A stretch of DNA of 64,000 bases, taken from the NCBI RefSeq assembly GCF_964213995.1, contig NC_135830.1:17794001-17858000 (forward strand). Direction: 5' to 3'. Source of the stretch: Mustelus asterias (lineage: Eukaryota). Under the pieces are notes generated by a model, which did not search any database, was not told the DNA's origin, and was given only the letters and a program-made list of their open reading frames with translations. Each line of letters begins with the position of its first letter. Positions within the stretch are counted from its first letter, which is position 1. Both the position numbers and the translations under genes were made by a program. Shown piece by piece: positions 1-11,453 of the stretch.

Positions 1-121
1 CTGCAATGTGATTGCGGTGGAATTTGCTGAACAAGTTTCAGTGTTTCGAATTCCACTTTCTGAGACATTTAAATAAAATGTCCTTCAGCAAACCGATCAT
101 CGGCTTGAGCAAAGAAAAACA

Positions 122-195
122 AGGTTTCACCAAGGTTTGAACTCAGATCGCTGGCTTCAATGTCCAGAAATAGTCATTTTTCACAGCGGCAATTG
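122..195 (-). pseudogene. Decayed tRNA-Gln copy within a duplicated tRNA-flank module
   Basis: Positions 1-195 align by eye to 19492-19685 and, inverted, to 59030-59210, where Gln-like tRNA relics occupy the same position. Confidence 0.45.
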
Positions 196-249
196 CCCAG
201 TCATAAATCATACAGAAACGTCCCTTCAGCCCATCGCGTCTCCACCGGT

Positions 250-900
250 CAAATAACCACCTCGCAATTCTAATCCCATTTACCAGTACATGGTCTAGTG
301 CCATGTGTGCTTTGGCATCGCAGCATATATCGGAATATTTCGTCAATGTTAAGAAGGTCTCCGTCCACCTGCACGCCCCGCCATCTTTTCAGATAGTGAT
401 TTCCAGTCTCCCATCACCCTCTTGGTGAAAGGTCGTTTTCCTCGTATCCCCTCTAAACCTCGTGCTAATTACATTAAATCTTCACTCCTGGTCATTTGTT
501 CGCTTCACCAAGGGAAAAGGTTGATTCCTGTGTATTCTCGCCATGGTCCTTTAAGTTATCAGGGACATGGACACAGTGGACAAGTAGCAGATGTTCCCTG
601 AGCTGAATGGTCAGTCACGAGGGGACACGGGGTTAAGATGGGGTGCAGGTGGCTTAGGGATGATGTGAGGATTTCCTTCTTTAACCAGAGGATGGTGACG
701 GTCTGGAATCCGCTGCCTGGGAGGCGGTAGAGGCGGATTGCCTCCCATCCTTTAAGAAATATCTGGATGAGCACTTGACACATCATATCATTCAGGGCTA
801 TGGGCCAATGCTGGCGGATAGGATTAGGTGGCAGTTCGGGTGTTTCTAATGTGTTGGTGTGGACTCGATGGGCCAAAGGGCCTCCGCTGCGCTCTACTGT
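250..900. mobile_element. Old CR1 LINE 3' fragments (about 250-555 minus, about 600-900 plus)
   Basis: Typical CR1 3' motifs, e.g. 'gtcacgaggggacacggggttaag', 'ttctttaaccagaggatggtgacggtctggaatccgctgcctgggagg', 'gactcgatgggccaaagggcct'. Confidence 0.6.
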
Positions 901-934
901 TCGAAGATTTTAAGAAATCCCGGGTCAAAACCAG

Positions 935-1060
935 CTCTGGTGTGAATCTGATCACAACGATGAAGTATTTGAATGGTCCCTCTCCAGTGTGACTCTGCCA
1001 TTGTATCAGTGAATGGGATGACCGAGTGAATCCCTTTTCACTGTCAGCTGGTGATGACCT
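935..1060 (-). pseudogene. C2H2 (Krueppel-type) zinc-finger gene relic
   Basis: Minus-strand translation PADSEKGFTRSSHSLIQWQSHTGEGPFKY matches the C2H2 pattern GKGFTxSSxLxxHxxxHTGExPF with Cys/His ligands lost. Confidence 0.6.
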
Positions 1061-1687
1061 TATCCACACTTCGAACTTACCTATCAGTTTTCTGATAACA
1101 GGGGGATCTCAGAGCTTTCTTTGCAATAATCCCTCAGTGTGAGAACTCACCAGTTAAACACAGATATCATGCTGCAGATGATTTACGTATGCAATTAAAA
1201 ACAGGAAATCCTGGAACCTTCAGCCAATCTGAGTGCATCTGTGAAGAGTGAAACATTGTTTACATTTCCAGTCTATGTCCTTTCATTGGAATTGCATTGT
1301 GTCGGTGCACAATCGATTGGCTCAGTTTATCAATCCACTGAAGCTGTCAGTGAAAACTGCCTCCACTTCACTGGGAGGACACGGAACACGTTTATCGTTG
1401 CAGCCGAACAAATATTCCTTTGTGGATTTTAAACTCTTGTTTGTTTCAGTCATGGGGAGAGACATGGAGCGAGATGGAAAGATACAGATAGAGAGGCAGA
1501 GAGACACAGAAACTGAATGGGATTGTGCTGTACATGTTTAGAGCAGACACTGAGACACACACGAGATGTACAGTCGCAGAATAGAGTGAATCATTCTCTG
1601 TTACCTGCAGTGTCCTGGACATGGACAGAAGCTGACACTCGGGGCCCGATTTTACCATTTTCATTCTAAGTGCTGAATCTGGGCGTA

Positions 1688-4212
1688 ATAAGAAATAGGA
1701 GCAGGAGTAGGCCATCCAGCCCCTCGAGCCTGCCCCGCCATTCAATAAGATCATGGCTGATCTGACGTGGATCAGTACCACTTACCCGCCTGATCCCCAT
1801 AACCCTTAATTCCCTTACCGATCAGGAATCCATCCATCCGCGCTTTAAACATATTCAGCGAGGTAGCCTCCACCACCTCAGTGGGCAGAGAATTCCAGAG
1901 ATTCACCACCCTCTGGGAGAAGAAGTTCCTCCTCAACTCTGTCTTAAACCGACCCCCCTTTATTTTGAGGCTGTGTCCTCTAGTTTTAACTTCCTTACTA
2001 AGTGGAAAGAATCTCTCCGCCTCCACCCTGTCCAGCCCCCGCATTATCTTATAAGTCTCCATAAGATCCCCCCTCATCCTTCTAAACTCCAACGAGTACA
2101 AACCCAATCTCCTCAGCCTCTCCTCATAATCCAAACCCCTCATCTCCGGTATCAACCTGGTGAACCTTCTCTGCACGCCCTCCAATGCCAATATATCCTT
2201 CCTCATATAAGGGGACCAATACTGCACACAGTATTCCAGCTGCGGCCTCACCAATGCCCTGTACAGGTGCATCAAGACATCCCTGCTTTTATATTCTATC
2301 CCCCTCGCAACATCCCATTTGCCTTCTTGATCACCTGTTGTACCTGCAGACTGGCATCAAGACATCGCTGCTTTTATATTCTATCCCCCTCGCAACATCC
2401 CATTTGCCTTCTTGATCACCTGTTGTACCTGCAGACTGGGCTTTTGCGTCTCATGCACAAGGACCCCCAGGTCCCTTTGCACGGTAGCATGTTTTAATTT
2501 GTTTCCATTGAGATAGTAATCCCATTTGTTATTATTTCCTCCAAAGTGTATAACCTCGCATTTATCAACGTTATACTCCATTTGCCATATCCTCGCTCAC
2601 TCACTCAGCCTGTCCAAATCTCTCTGCAGATCTTCTCCGTCCTCCACACGATTCACTTTTCCACTTATCTTTGTGTCGTCTGCAAACTTCGTTACCCTAC
2701 ACTCCGTCTCCTCCTCCAGATCATCTATATAAATGGTAAACAGTTGCGGCCCGAGTACCGATCCCTGCGGCACGCCACTAGTTACCTTCCTCCAACCGGA
2801 AAAACACCCATTTATTCCGACTCTTTGCTTCCTGTCGGATAGCCAGTCCCCAATCCACTTTAACACACTACCCCCAACTCCGTGTGCCCTAATCTTCTTC
2901 AGCAGCCTTTTATGGGGCACCTTATCAAACGCCTTTTGGAAATCCAAAAACACCGCATCCACCGGTTCTCCTCCATCAACCGCCCTAGTCACATCTTCAT
3001 AAAAATCCAACATGTTCGTCAAGCACGACTTTCCCCTCATGAATCCATGCTGCGTCTGATTGATCGAACCATTTCTATCCAGATGCCCTGCTATCTCCTC
3101 TTTAATAATGGATTCCAGCATTTTCCCTACTACAGACGTTAAGCTGACCGGCCTATAGTTACCCGCCTTTTGTCTCCTTCCTTTTTTAAACAGCGGCGTA
3201 ACATTAGCCGTTTTCCAATCAACCGGCACTACCCCAGAATGCAATGAGTTTTGATAAATAATCACTAACGCATCCACTATTACCTCTGACATTTCTTTCA
3301 ATACCCTGGGATGCATTCCATCCGGACCCGGGGACTTGTCCACCTTCAGTCCCATTAGTCTACCCAGCACTGCCTCTCTGGTAACATTAATCGTATTAAG
3401 TATTTCTCCTGCTGCCAACCCTCTATCGTTAATATTTGGCAAACTATTTGTGTCCTCCACCGTGAAGACCGACACAAAAAACTTATTTAAAGACTCAGCC
3501 ATATCCTCATTTCCCACTATTAACTCCCCCCTCTCGTCCTCCAAGGGTCCAACATTCACTCTAGCCACTCTATTCCTTTTTATATATTTATAAAAACTTT
3601 TACTATCATTTTTTATATTAATTGCTAGCCTAGCTTCATAGTCTATCCTTCCTTTCTTTATCGCTTTCTTAGTCTCTCTTTGTTGTTTCTTAAATTTTTC
3701 CCAATCACTTGTTTCTCCACTATTTTTGGCCACTCTGTACGCAGCTGTTTTTATTTTAATACTCTCCTTTATTTCCTTCGTTATCCACGGCTGGTTCTCC
3801 CTTTTCTTACAATCCTTGTTTTTTGCTGGAATATATTTTTGCTGAGAACTGAAAAGGATCTCCTTAAAAATCCTCCACTGTTCCTCAGCTATCCTACCTG
3901 CCAGCCTGCTCTCCCAGTCTACCTTAGCCAATTCATCCCTCATCCTATCATATTTCCCTCTGTTCAAACAGAGGACACTGGTTTGAGACCAAACTTTCTC
4001 CTCTTCCATCTGAATCAGAAATTCGACCATATTGTGGTCACTAGACCCAAGAGGGTCCTTCACAATAAGATCCTTAATTCTACCGAGCTCGTTACACAAT
4101 ACCAAATCGAAAATAGCTCGTTCCCTCGTCGGTTCCGTAACATGCTGTTCAAGGAAACTATCCCGACAGCATTCTAAGAACTCTTCCTCCATTCCACCGT
4201 TACCGACTTGGA
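1688..4212 (-). mobile_element. Young 5'-truncated CR1 LINE (ORF2 reverse transcriptase plus 3' UTR)
   Basis: 531-aa ORF 2597-4192 carries [39 protein letters not shown] and KFADDTK. The C-terminus is at 1772-2275. It is disrupted by a stop at 2597 and an 85-bp duplication. Confidence 0.95.
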
Positions 4213-4479
4213 AATCGAGGGATGAATGTAGATCCGACTTGGAAATCGGCTTTCAGGCGCCCCCATACGCACTCAGCCTGAAAAAAAAATCGCCAGTCCC
4301 ATTGGCACTGTGGGTGGGGCTTAGCGCGGCCGAAACGAACGGAGCCCTGAACAGCGCATGCGCAGTTAGAAAAAATTGAAAAGGCGTGCCCGTGTCAGAT
4401 CGCTCCCGAGCCGCGGAAAGCAGAGAAAGTGGCCCGGGAGTGAAAAGCGGGAGCGATGGTCCCCACAAACATCAATGTC

Positions 4480-5070
4480 CCCATTATCCAACCACTCCGC
4501 CCCACTACCCAGGCCGATCGCCACCCCTGCCCCCCCTAGCCCCCCACCGACCGCCCGCAGAGTGCCAGCAGACCCCGCTGCCCCCGCCTCCCCAACAGAG
4601 ATCCATCTGCCCTCCCCTGCCAGCAGTGAGCGATCGGGCATCCTCCCCACCCTTTAACAGAGATACATCTTTTCCGCCTCCCTCCTGCCTCCCTCTTAGA
4701 ACGATCTGGCCTGAACGCCACCCCCCACCCCCCCCCCCCACCCCAGAGAATGATCTGGCCTCACTCACCCCACCCCCCTCCCAACAGGCAACAATCTGGC
4801 CTCACACCCCCCCCCCTCCCCCAGAGGAATATCTGACCTGTCTCCTCCTCCCTCCCCACCAGACAACGGTCAGCTCTCCCCCCACCATCAGACAACGATC
4901 GGCCCTCCCCCCTCCCCCAACCGGAGATACATCTGACTCGCCTCCTCCTCCTACCCCCCACCCCCACAACCAGACAACGATCTCGCCTCACTCCCCTCCC
5001 CCCCCAACCAGAGAATGATCAGGCCCGCCTCCCTCCCCCCCCCTCCCTCGCCCCCCCCCCCTCCCACCGC
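4480..5070. repeat. C-rich degenerate tandem repeat inside the TIR element
   Basis: Recurrent 'agaNaacgatctggcctc' core separated by poly-C runs; produces the Pro-rich and Gly-rich ORFs. Confidence 0.75.
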
Positions 5071-5454
5071 AGCCCCACCGATCTGAGTCAGAGAGCCGTT
5101 GGAAGCACTGAATGTGCTCTTCACAGCGAGAGCGCCCGATTCAGACTTTTAGGTAGCAGGTCCATTTCGGCGCCGTTACGGATTGGCAAAATCAGTGGAA
5201 AAGAGGGAAATGCTGATCAAGTTGGGAGGGCAGTTCATTAATTCAATTGAAATGCATGCAAATGCATGCAAATCGCCGTTGCGCCCGTTTTGGACGCGAA
5301 GCGGATCACCACCATTTCCCGGTTTCGGTAATGTGGCAATCTGTGCGGAGGCGGGCGCGGATCGCGTTAATGTCATCACAACCGAACTTACCACGTTTAC
5401 GCGCCCGAAAAAGGGCGTGACGCTATGGTAAAATCAGGCCCTCAGACACACACA

Positions 5455-5870
5455 ACAACAACTTGCATTTATATAGCACCTGGAACAGTATCATCCCAAG
5501 ATGCTTCACAGGCGCCTTAATGTGAGAAATGTGATCTCGCGTCATAGGGGGGTTTAGGTTCACATGTCCGAAAAGTGTGACCAGATAGTTTTACGAAGTA
5601 CATTAATTGGAGGAAAAGGGGGTGTTAAAATGGAGAGAACCCATCTGGTTCACCAATGTCCTTTAGGATAACGCTGGCAGAATCAGCCAGGCCCACACCC
5701 CATGATTGACTTTTAGAAAAACGTTCAGGGAAGGAATTCCAGAGTTGGAGCCCAAACAGATGAAGGCACAGCTCCCAATGGTGAAACAATTCAAATTGTG
5801 GATGGTCATGGAGCCAGAATGAAAGGAAAACAGCTATGGGAGGATGGTGGGACTGGAGGAGGTGGACAAC
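5455..5870 (-). mobile_element. Old L2-type LINE 3' fragment
   Basis: Starts 'aacaacttgcatttatatagcacc...cccaagatgcttcacagg' and includes 'agggaaggaattccagag', recalled as a typical L2 3' end read on the antisense strand. Confidence 0.5.
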
Positions 5871-6415
5871 CAGCAAGAAATATTTCTCTCTCTCATGGGC
5901 CCTGGGGATTTGCAAGCCTTTAACCCATTCATTCCCCCAGCTCTATTGTCTTAGTCATACTGATTTCCTTCAATTCAATTCCGCACTCTCACTAAACTAT
6001 TGGTTCCCTAATATTTCTGCCAGGTTATTTGTGCCCTCTTTTGTGAAGACAGAACCAAAGTATATGTTCACTTCTTGTGCCATTTCTTTGCTCCCCATTA
6101 TAATTTTCCCTAGAGATGGAGAGAGACAGAGTAACTCAGAGGTAGGGATGAGACAGTAATGCAGAGAGTAGCAGTGAGATATTCAGGTGGGCAAGCAGCT
6201 AATAATGGGGTACAACAAGGATCACTCCAAAGCCACAGATATTGCCTCATGTTGCCGCTGTTGCCATTTACCTGAAATCAGCATCCTCTGCTTTTCAACC
6301 TTTCCCCCAATGTGCCGATTATCTCATAGCCGGTTCTCTCAGTCCCGGGACATCACTGCAGGAGTTCCTCAGGGTGAGTGTCCGCGGCCTCAACCTGCTC
6401 CAATCAGCTGCTCCA

Positions 6416-6580
6416 NNNNNNNNNNNNNNNNNNNNNNNNNNNNNNNNNNNNNNNNNNNNNNNNNNNNNNNNNNNNNNNNNNNNNNNNNNNNNNNNNNNNN
6501 NNNNNNNNNNNNNNNNNNNNNNNNNNNNNNNNNNNNNNNNNNNNNNNNNNNNNNNNNNNNNNNNNNNNNNNNNNNNNNNN
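6416..6580. other. Assembly gap (165 N)
   Basis: Run of N. Confidence 1.
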
Positions 6581-6685
6581 CGTTAGAGAGACGCATAGAT
6601 TAGTCAATTCCATCTACTTGCGCAAACACTTTATTTATTTTTCCCTGTATGTATCTTCATGTTAGTTTTGTTTTTGCTTTGACAG

Positions 6686-6966
6686 CTGTTCCTTGTCACT
6701 CGGAAACATTTCAGCTATTAATGTATCGGGTAAATCAAGGACATACCATCTCTCTTCATTACAATGTTCCTGACACTGAAAACAAAATTGTATTCTGGTA
6801 CCGGCAGTGCTCTGATCAAGCTCCCGAGAATTTCGTATCCACAATCAGGGAGGAAACAGTTGAGGGAAGGTTTAAATTATCTGTGGACCGTGTGAAAGGC
6901 TTCAGCACTCTCACTGTTCAGACGATTGAGCTGTCAGACATTATGGTGTATTACAGTGCAGTGAGG
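6686..6966 (+). pseudogene. TCR alpha/delta-type V segment exon; frame open but both canonical Cys lost
   Basis: Acceptor ttttgctttgacag ends at 6685. Translation VPCHSETFQ...GHTISLHYN...FWYRQ...APE...GRFKLS...STLTV...ELSDIMVYYSAVR is a V-set framework with Cys23>Tyr (TAC 6760) and Cys104>Ser (AGT 6955). An RSS follows directly. No leader exon is visible; the gap lies just upstream. Confidence 0.85.
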
Positions 6967-7005
6967 CACGGTGAAACAGAGAGGTGAGGAGCCTGTACAA
7001 TAACT
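6967..7005 (+). promoter_or_regulatory. 23-bp-spacer recombination signal sequence (RSS)
   Basis: Heptamer CACGGTG (6967-6973), 23-nt spacer, nonamer ACAATAACT (6997-7005). Confidence 0.9.
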
Positions 7006-10000
7006 CACTCGACACGGGGACTGTGGAGACAACAGTTCGTGGGCTTTAGAAATCAATGTGATGCAAGAAAAATCGATAGAAAATGTTCTTCATCTGAATA
7101 ATATGATGAAATTAAAACATATATTTTATTGTTTCTCATAGAATTACTTGCAGATGAACCCCCAATAAAAACATATAGATCTCTCTTTGATACATTAGCT
7201 GCTTGAAATTTGCTTGTCATCGTTTTTTGATTATTCACGAGCTTTCAAGACTGCCATTCTTTCCAAATGAACAATCCAGACTTATCAGTTGTGCGTTTAT
7301 GAGTTTATTAAAGTGATAATCATCCGTCTACATAATTGCGCAAGCGACGCAGAAGTGTCAGAACACTGAGATAAATGATCGCGTATCAATACTAAACAAC
7401 AAATGTTGCACCATCAAACTGACAAAGGCATCAGATATAATATTAATATCAAAGTAGCAAAACCCATAATAAAAGTGCAATAATAAAATTCCGCAGGATC
7501 GTGTAGCAATGTTAACAAAATTGAGAATCGCTGTTTCACTGATGGCGTCCCAAGACCTCATGTGCAGAATCGTCAGTTCCCCGTGTCATAGGTGACAGCT
7601 GGAGTTACAGGGAATATCTGTGCGTCTTGACACCAGAAACCGCAGGGTATTGAGGGCAAGAGCCAATATGTTAATTACGGAAGTTCCAATACGGAAGCAG
7701 GTCTTCTGGACCTGAAGCTCTGGATTCCAATCCCACTTCAGGGCTTTGTGGTTACAGAAGGTGTGTTCCTTGTCCGGTCACACAGGTTGATGAAAAGCTT
7801 GTAAGAGTTGGTGAGTAACAAATGAGTTCCCAGCTCAGCAATACTGCAGGAGGTACTGGAAACAGTGCAGCACTTTGTCAGGTAGACTCATGCACTAACC
7901 TACTTGAAGTTTCTGGTCAACTAGCGCCACCACAAAGCATGGTACCTGGAGGAGGGAGGCACAGAAGATGAGAGAGTGACCTCTATAAATCATTGTATCC
8001 CAATGTCGTTGGGTAGTCTGAATAAGACATTTAGCACAGTATTTCTAATCAACCTGGTTTCTCAATGTATCATGAAGAGAAAAGGAGAGAGAGAGAGAAC
8101 GGGAGAAAGAGAGAGCGAGGGAGATGTCCATCATTTAGTTAATAAGATCAACGTAACGGGAAAATACTTGGACCTCAGTGTCTTCGTCATATCCCTTTCG
8201 GACAGAGAATTAAACATTCCCACTCTCCTCTGTGTTAATAACGTTTCTATCATCACAACAGCGACTACACTGGGAATGAGCTTCCTTGGGTTAGTAAGTG
8301 TTTTCAGATATCCGGACTCTTTAAAAGGCGCAACATCAAGTGAAAAACTTTATTTCCCTATTCTCGGGGTTAAATTAATTGTCGTTTTGTTTTACTAAAT
8401 TCCATTTGTTTATTTCAGTCGGTATTCCCTGGATTGGGTTATTGAGTGGTCACGACCCCCTGGGGTTTCCCCCGGATTCTGTCTCCAGTCGGTTCAGGGA
8501 TTCTTTCAGCTCCACAAGACACCGGCAGTCTGTCAGAAACAACACTCCGGGAATTTATCGGGGAGACAGTGCAGTGCAAAGGAAATGCTGCACCGTCAGA
8601 GCTGCCAACCTCTCGGTGACCTTTGAACCGTCCTCCCTCTCAATTGGAGGTGATGCATCACATGGTCACTGTTTCCAAAAAGAGCAGTAGAAATGTCCTG
8701 TTTGATATCTGCTCACCAATCATAATTACTGAAACGGTCAGAGGACGACAATATTACTGAATGGAATGATATGCTGAGTCCAAATTGGCTGCTGTGTTTT
8801 CTACAGTTCCTGTAGTCTTCAGTTCCTGTAACTGGAACCTGCTCACGGTCTGTCTGCTTGAAGTTTGATGTTTGTCAAATTTATTCGCTGACATCAGAGG
8901 AGCTTGAATCCCAGCCCAAACTATTCTCCCTCGTTCCCTTGGGGAAATTTGTCGAATCTCAACAGTGTTCAGCGTTGAGGACAGCGAGAACGGGATAACT
9001 ATTCCATGTTGAGATCAATACATTCCCTGATCATCTACCCCTCCCCCTTTGTATTGAGCGAACCGCCCGACAGAATATAGTATGTGGCAATGATGTGTCA
9101 CACAGAATTGAGCAACTTGTGAACCTCCCGGTTAAAAGAGTCGCCGCTGTGAGGAATAAATACAGAGTAACAGGAGACATGTTTGCAGAGAGCTCGCAGC
9201 AGATTTGGCCAGAGCGGTTTGAAGCTGAAGTTGATTGCGTCAACAGTTGGGAAGAAATTGAGTCATATCTGGGCCCCTGTTGATTGGTTCACTGCTGAAA
9301 ACATGATCAGATAACTTCCAATCGGCTTCAAGCTCCCTTGTTCTCCAATTCAAGTAATGATCTCACAGCTCTTTTATCTCCAATTCAACCCATTGGTGGA
9401 GAGACGAAAGAAACAAAGTAAATTTGGTAATCCCACGACAGGGGATTACTTTTCCCTTCAGGCGTTATTTCAGGCACCGACCGGTCCCCTGAGTCTTGAT
9501 GGCTCCGTTCTGAGTGGAGAGTGATAATATTCATCCTTCCAGCAACAAGACAAGCAGTTTGCTATCAATCATGTTTGGGATAGCAGCTATGGTACAGGGG
9601 AGGATGAATGTTTAGTTGAAATATCTACTTCATAAGAAGTGATAGAATAATGAATGGTCTGAGATATTTCCATATGATGTTCCCTCAATTTGTAACTTTG
9701 CATTGTGTGGAATCTTCTTTCAGAGTGGAAGAAAACTTGCCTCCCTGTTGCACTGCTGATCCAAACAGTGCCAAACAGGAAAAAGCAGCAAAGATCAATA
9801 TCTACAATAAAATCTCTAATAAAACAGCACAGGTGAGATTGATCAGAGTTAGAACAGCACAGGAAAGCTGTGGGCAGAAGCTGCCATCGGCAGTGTGGTC
9901 ACGGGTAGGATTTATCTGCAAAGAGCTGAACTCAATAACAATGTTACTTTGGAAATTCTATAACTTTGCTTCTCGTAAGAGCGGCAGCTGAATTTTCATT

Positions 10001-10304
10001 CCATACTGCGGACCAGCAGGCTCGCACTAAGAGTGTCAGGGTTAGTAAACGATTGAATACAAAGCGAAATCTTCATCAGTCATGTGGATGGAAAGCGGGA
10101 CCAAATAGCTGAGTAGCAGATTGGAGAGGTTCTAAATTAATGTACAAGGTGACAGAAAAAGCACTAAATGTTTACGTTTAAGTCTGAGAAATGGAAATGG
10201 GCATAGTTTTCAAAAATCAGTCAAGACAAGAGCAGTCAGGAACAAATAGGCAAAGAAAGGTGTGGAAAACCATTTAATGTATCTCAGATCGATTGAACAA
10301 TCTT

Positions 10305-10472
10305 ATATCAATTAGGTTGATTTGCCATGTAAAATTCACCCCAGTGTAAGGGGGATTAGCAGGGTAAATATGTGGGGTTGCGGGAAGAGGGCGTGGGTTG
10401 GATTGTGGTCGACGCAGACTCGATGGGCTGAATGGCCTCCGTCTGCACTGTAGGGATTCTATGATTCTATGG
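10305..10472 (+). mobile_element. HE1-type SINE, 3' half
   Basis: 'ggattagcagggtaaatatgtggggttgcggg...gactcgatgggctgaatggcctcc...tagggattctatgattctatg'. Confidence 0.8.
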
Positions 10473-10654
10473 TTCTCCAACTGTAAGTTACGATTATCAA
10501 TTAATATAACTGTGCAACTGGACCACACCAGTTGCTGTTTTTTGAGTGTTTTTTTTTGTAATGTTAAGAATCTCCGTCACTCTCTGTGGAAACTGAATTT
10601 GCCGTGTGTGTGTGAGGACACCCTGATGGGCACCAACTGGAACTGCCAGTGTGG

Positions 10655-10694
10655 GGTTTTTGTACCGCATTCGATGTATCTCTGCAGCAGTGTG
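10655..10694 (-). promoter_or_regulatory. 23-type RSS (24-nt spacer) of the second V segment
   Basis: Minus strand: CACACTG, 24-nt spacer, perfect nonamer ACAAAAACC, immediately after DSAVYFCAME. Confidence 0.85.
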
Positions 10695-11204
10695 GGCTCC
10701 ATGGCACAGAAATACACAGCGCTGTCGCAATTTCGTGCGTTCATGATCGTTAGCTCGCTAGTATTGTTTTTTTTAAAATCAAATTGAGAAGAAACGCGAT
10801 CATTGATGTCGGTGTTCCTTTGCACGCTCTCTCCACTAAGCTGAAACATGTACACTGGCGCTTTCCCGGAGTGCTGACTGTACCATTATACATAAAGACT
10901 AGGATGGCTAGTTTCTGAGGCACAGATTAGTGTCACAGTCCTTTCCGCTTTAACCGATATTTCAGGACCCAGTTGATCCACTTTGTCTTGGTGCTCCATT
11001 CTAACAGGAATAACAACAATAATGACAATCAGAGTCCGCCTCATATTGAGCGATACAATTATCATCTCCACCATCACTGTTGTTTTAGCAACAATAACAT
11101 CTGGGTTGCAGCAGTCAGGAGGAGCATGTAGTTTTACTGGGAAGGAAAAAAACCTTACTGAGGAGTGAGATAATGATGAGGGTCTGAGCGAGACAGTTCG
11201 CCAT
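10695..11204 (-). pseudogene. TCR alpha/delta-type V pseudogene with leader exon
   Basis: Leader exon 11204-11159 (MANCLAQTLIIISLL, donor gtaagg). Acceptor ttcctgttag ends at 11001. V exon reads QDKVDQ...TVTLICASETSHPSLYV*WYSQHSGKAP...SELTIMNARNCDSAVYFCAME. In-frame TAA at 10886-10888, and leader/V splice phases differ by 1 nt. Confidence 0.9.
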
Positions 11205-11379
11205 GATCCTCCCTGAGTCCGGAACTCAGAAGTGAGAGAAATCCTCTGTCCGAGACAGAAATACAGATCCCCGTCCCATTGCACTGCTTATCCAACCAAT
11301 GAGAGGAATGGCGCAACGCCAGCAATCTGTCCAATCACACAATCGGTTCAGAGTGAGAGCAGCAAACGGATTTTGTCAA

Positions 11380-11453
11380 AGCTCGGCACAACATCGTGGG
11401 CCGAAGGGCCTGTTCTGTGCTGTACTGTTCTATGTTATATGTTCTATGTTCTA
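11380..11453 (+). mobile_element. Short CR1 3'-terminal fragment
   Basis: 'ctcggcacaacatcgtgggccgaagggcctgttctgtgctgtactgttctatg' followed by a (ttctatg)n tail. Confidence 0.8.

Larger units (their letters stand above)
1642..5441. mobile_element. Non-autonomous TIR DNA transposon (PIF/Harbinger-like) interrupted by a CR1
   Basis: Terminal inverted repeats gggcccgattttacca (1642-1657) and tggtaaaatcaggccc (5426-5441) match 15/16. Flanking 3-mers are tcg and tca. The interior is GC-rich with no transposase ORF. Family assignment is inferred from the GGG termini. Confidence 0.65.

Noticed and set aside
4366-5018. Pro-rich and Gly-rich ORFs up to 210 aa
   Set aside because: They arise from the C-rich tandem array inside the TIR element; no domain is recognisable.
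6187-6665. ORFs containing long X runs
   Set aside because: They span the N gap; the real portion is a short LINE RT fragment (TAGVPQG).
6686-6966. Supporting V-delta of a NARTCR cassette
   Set aside because: The exon starts with a leader-part-2-like AVPCHS and lacks the extra CDR1 Cys. The missing leader is adequately explained by the adjacent gap.
9724-9832. Exon-like segment with good AG and GT signals (VEENLPPCCTAD...KTAQ)
   Set aside because: No recognisable homology and no partner exons, so it cannot be supported without RNA data.
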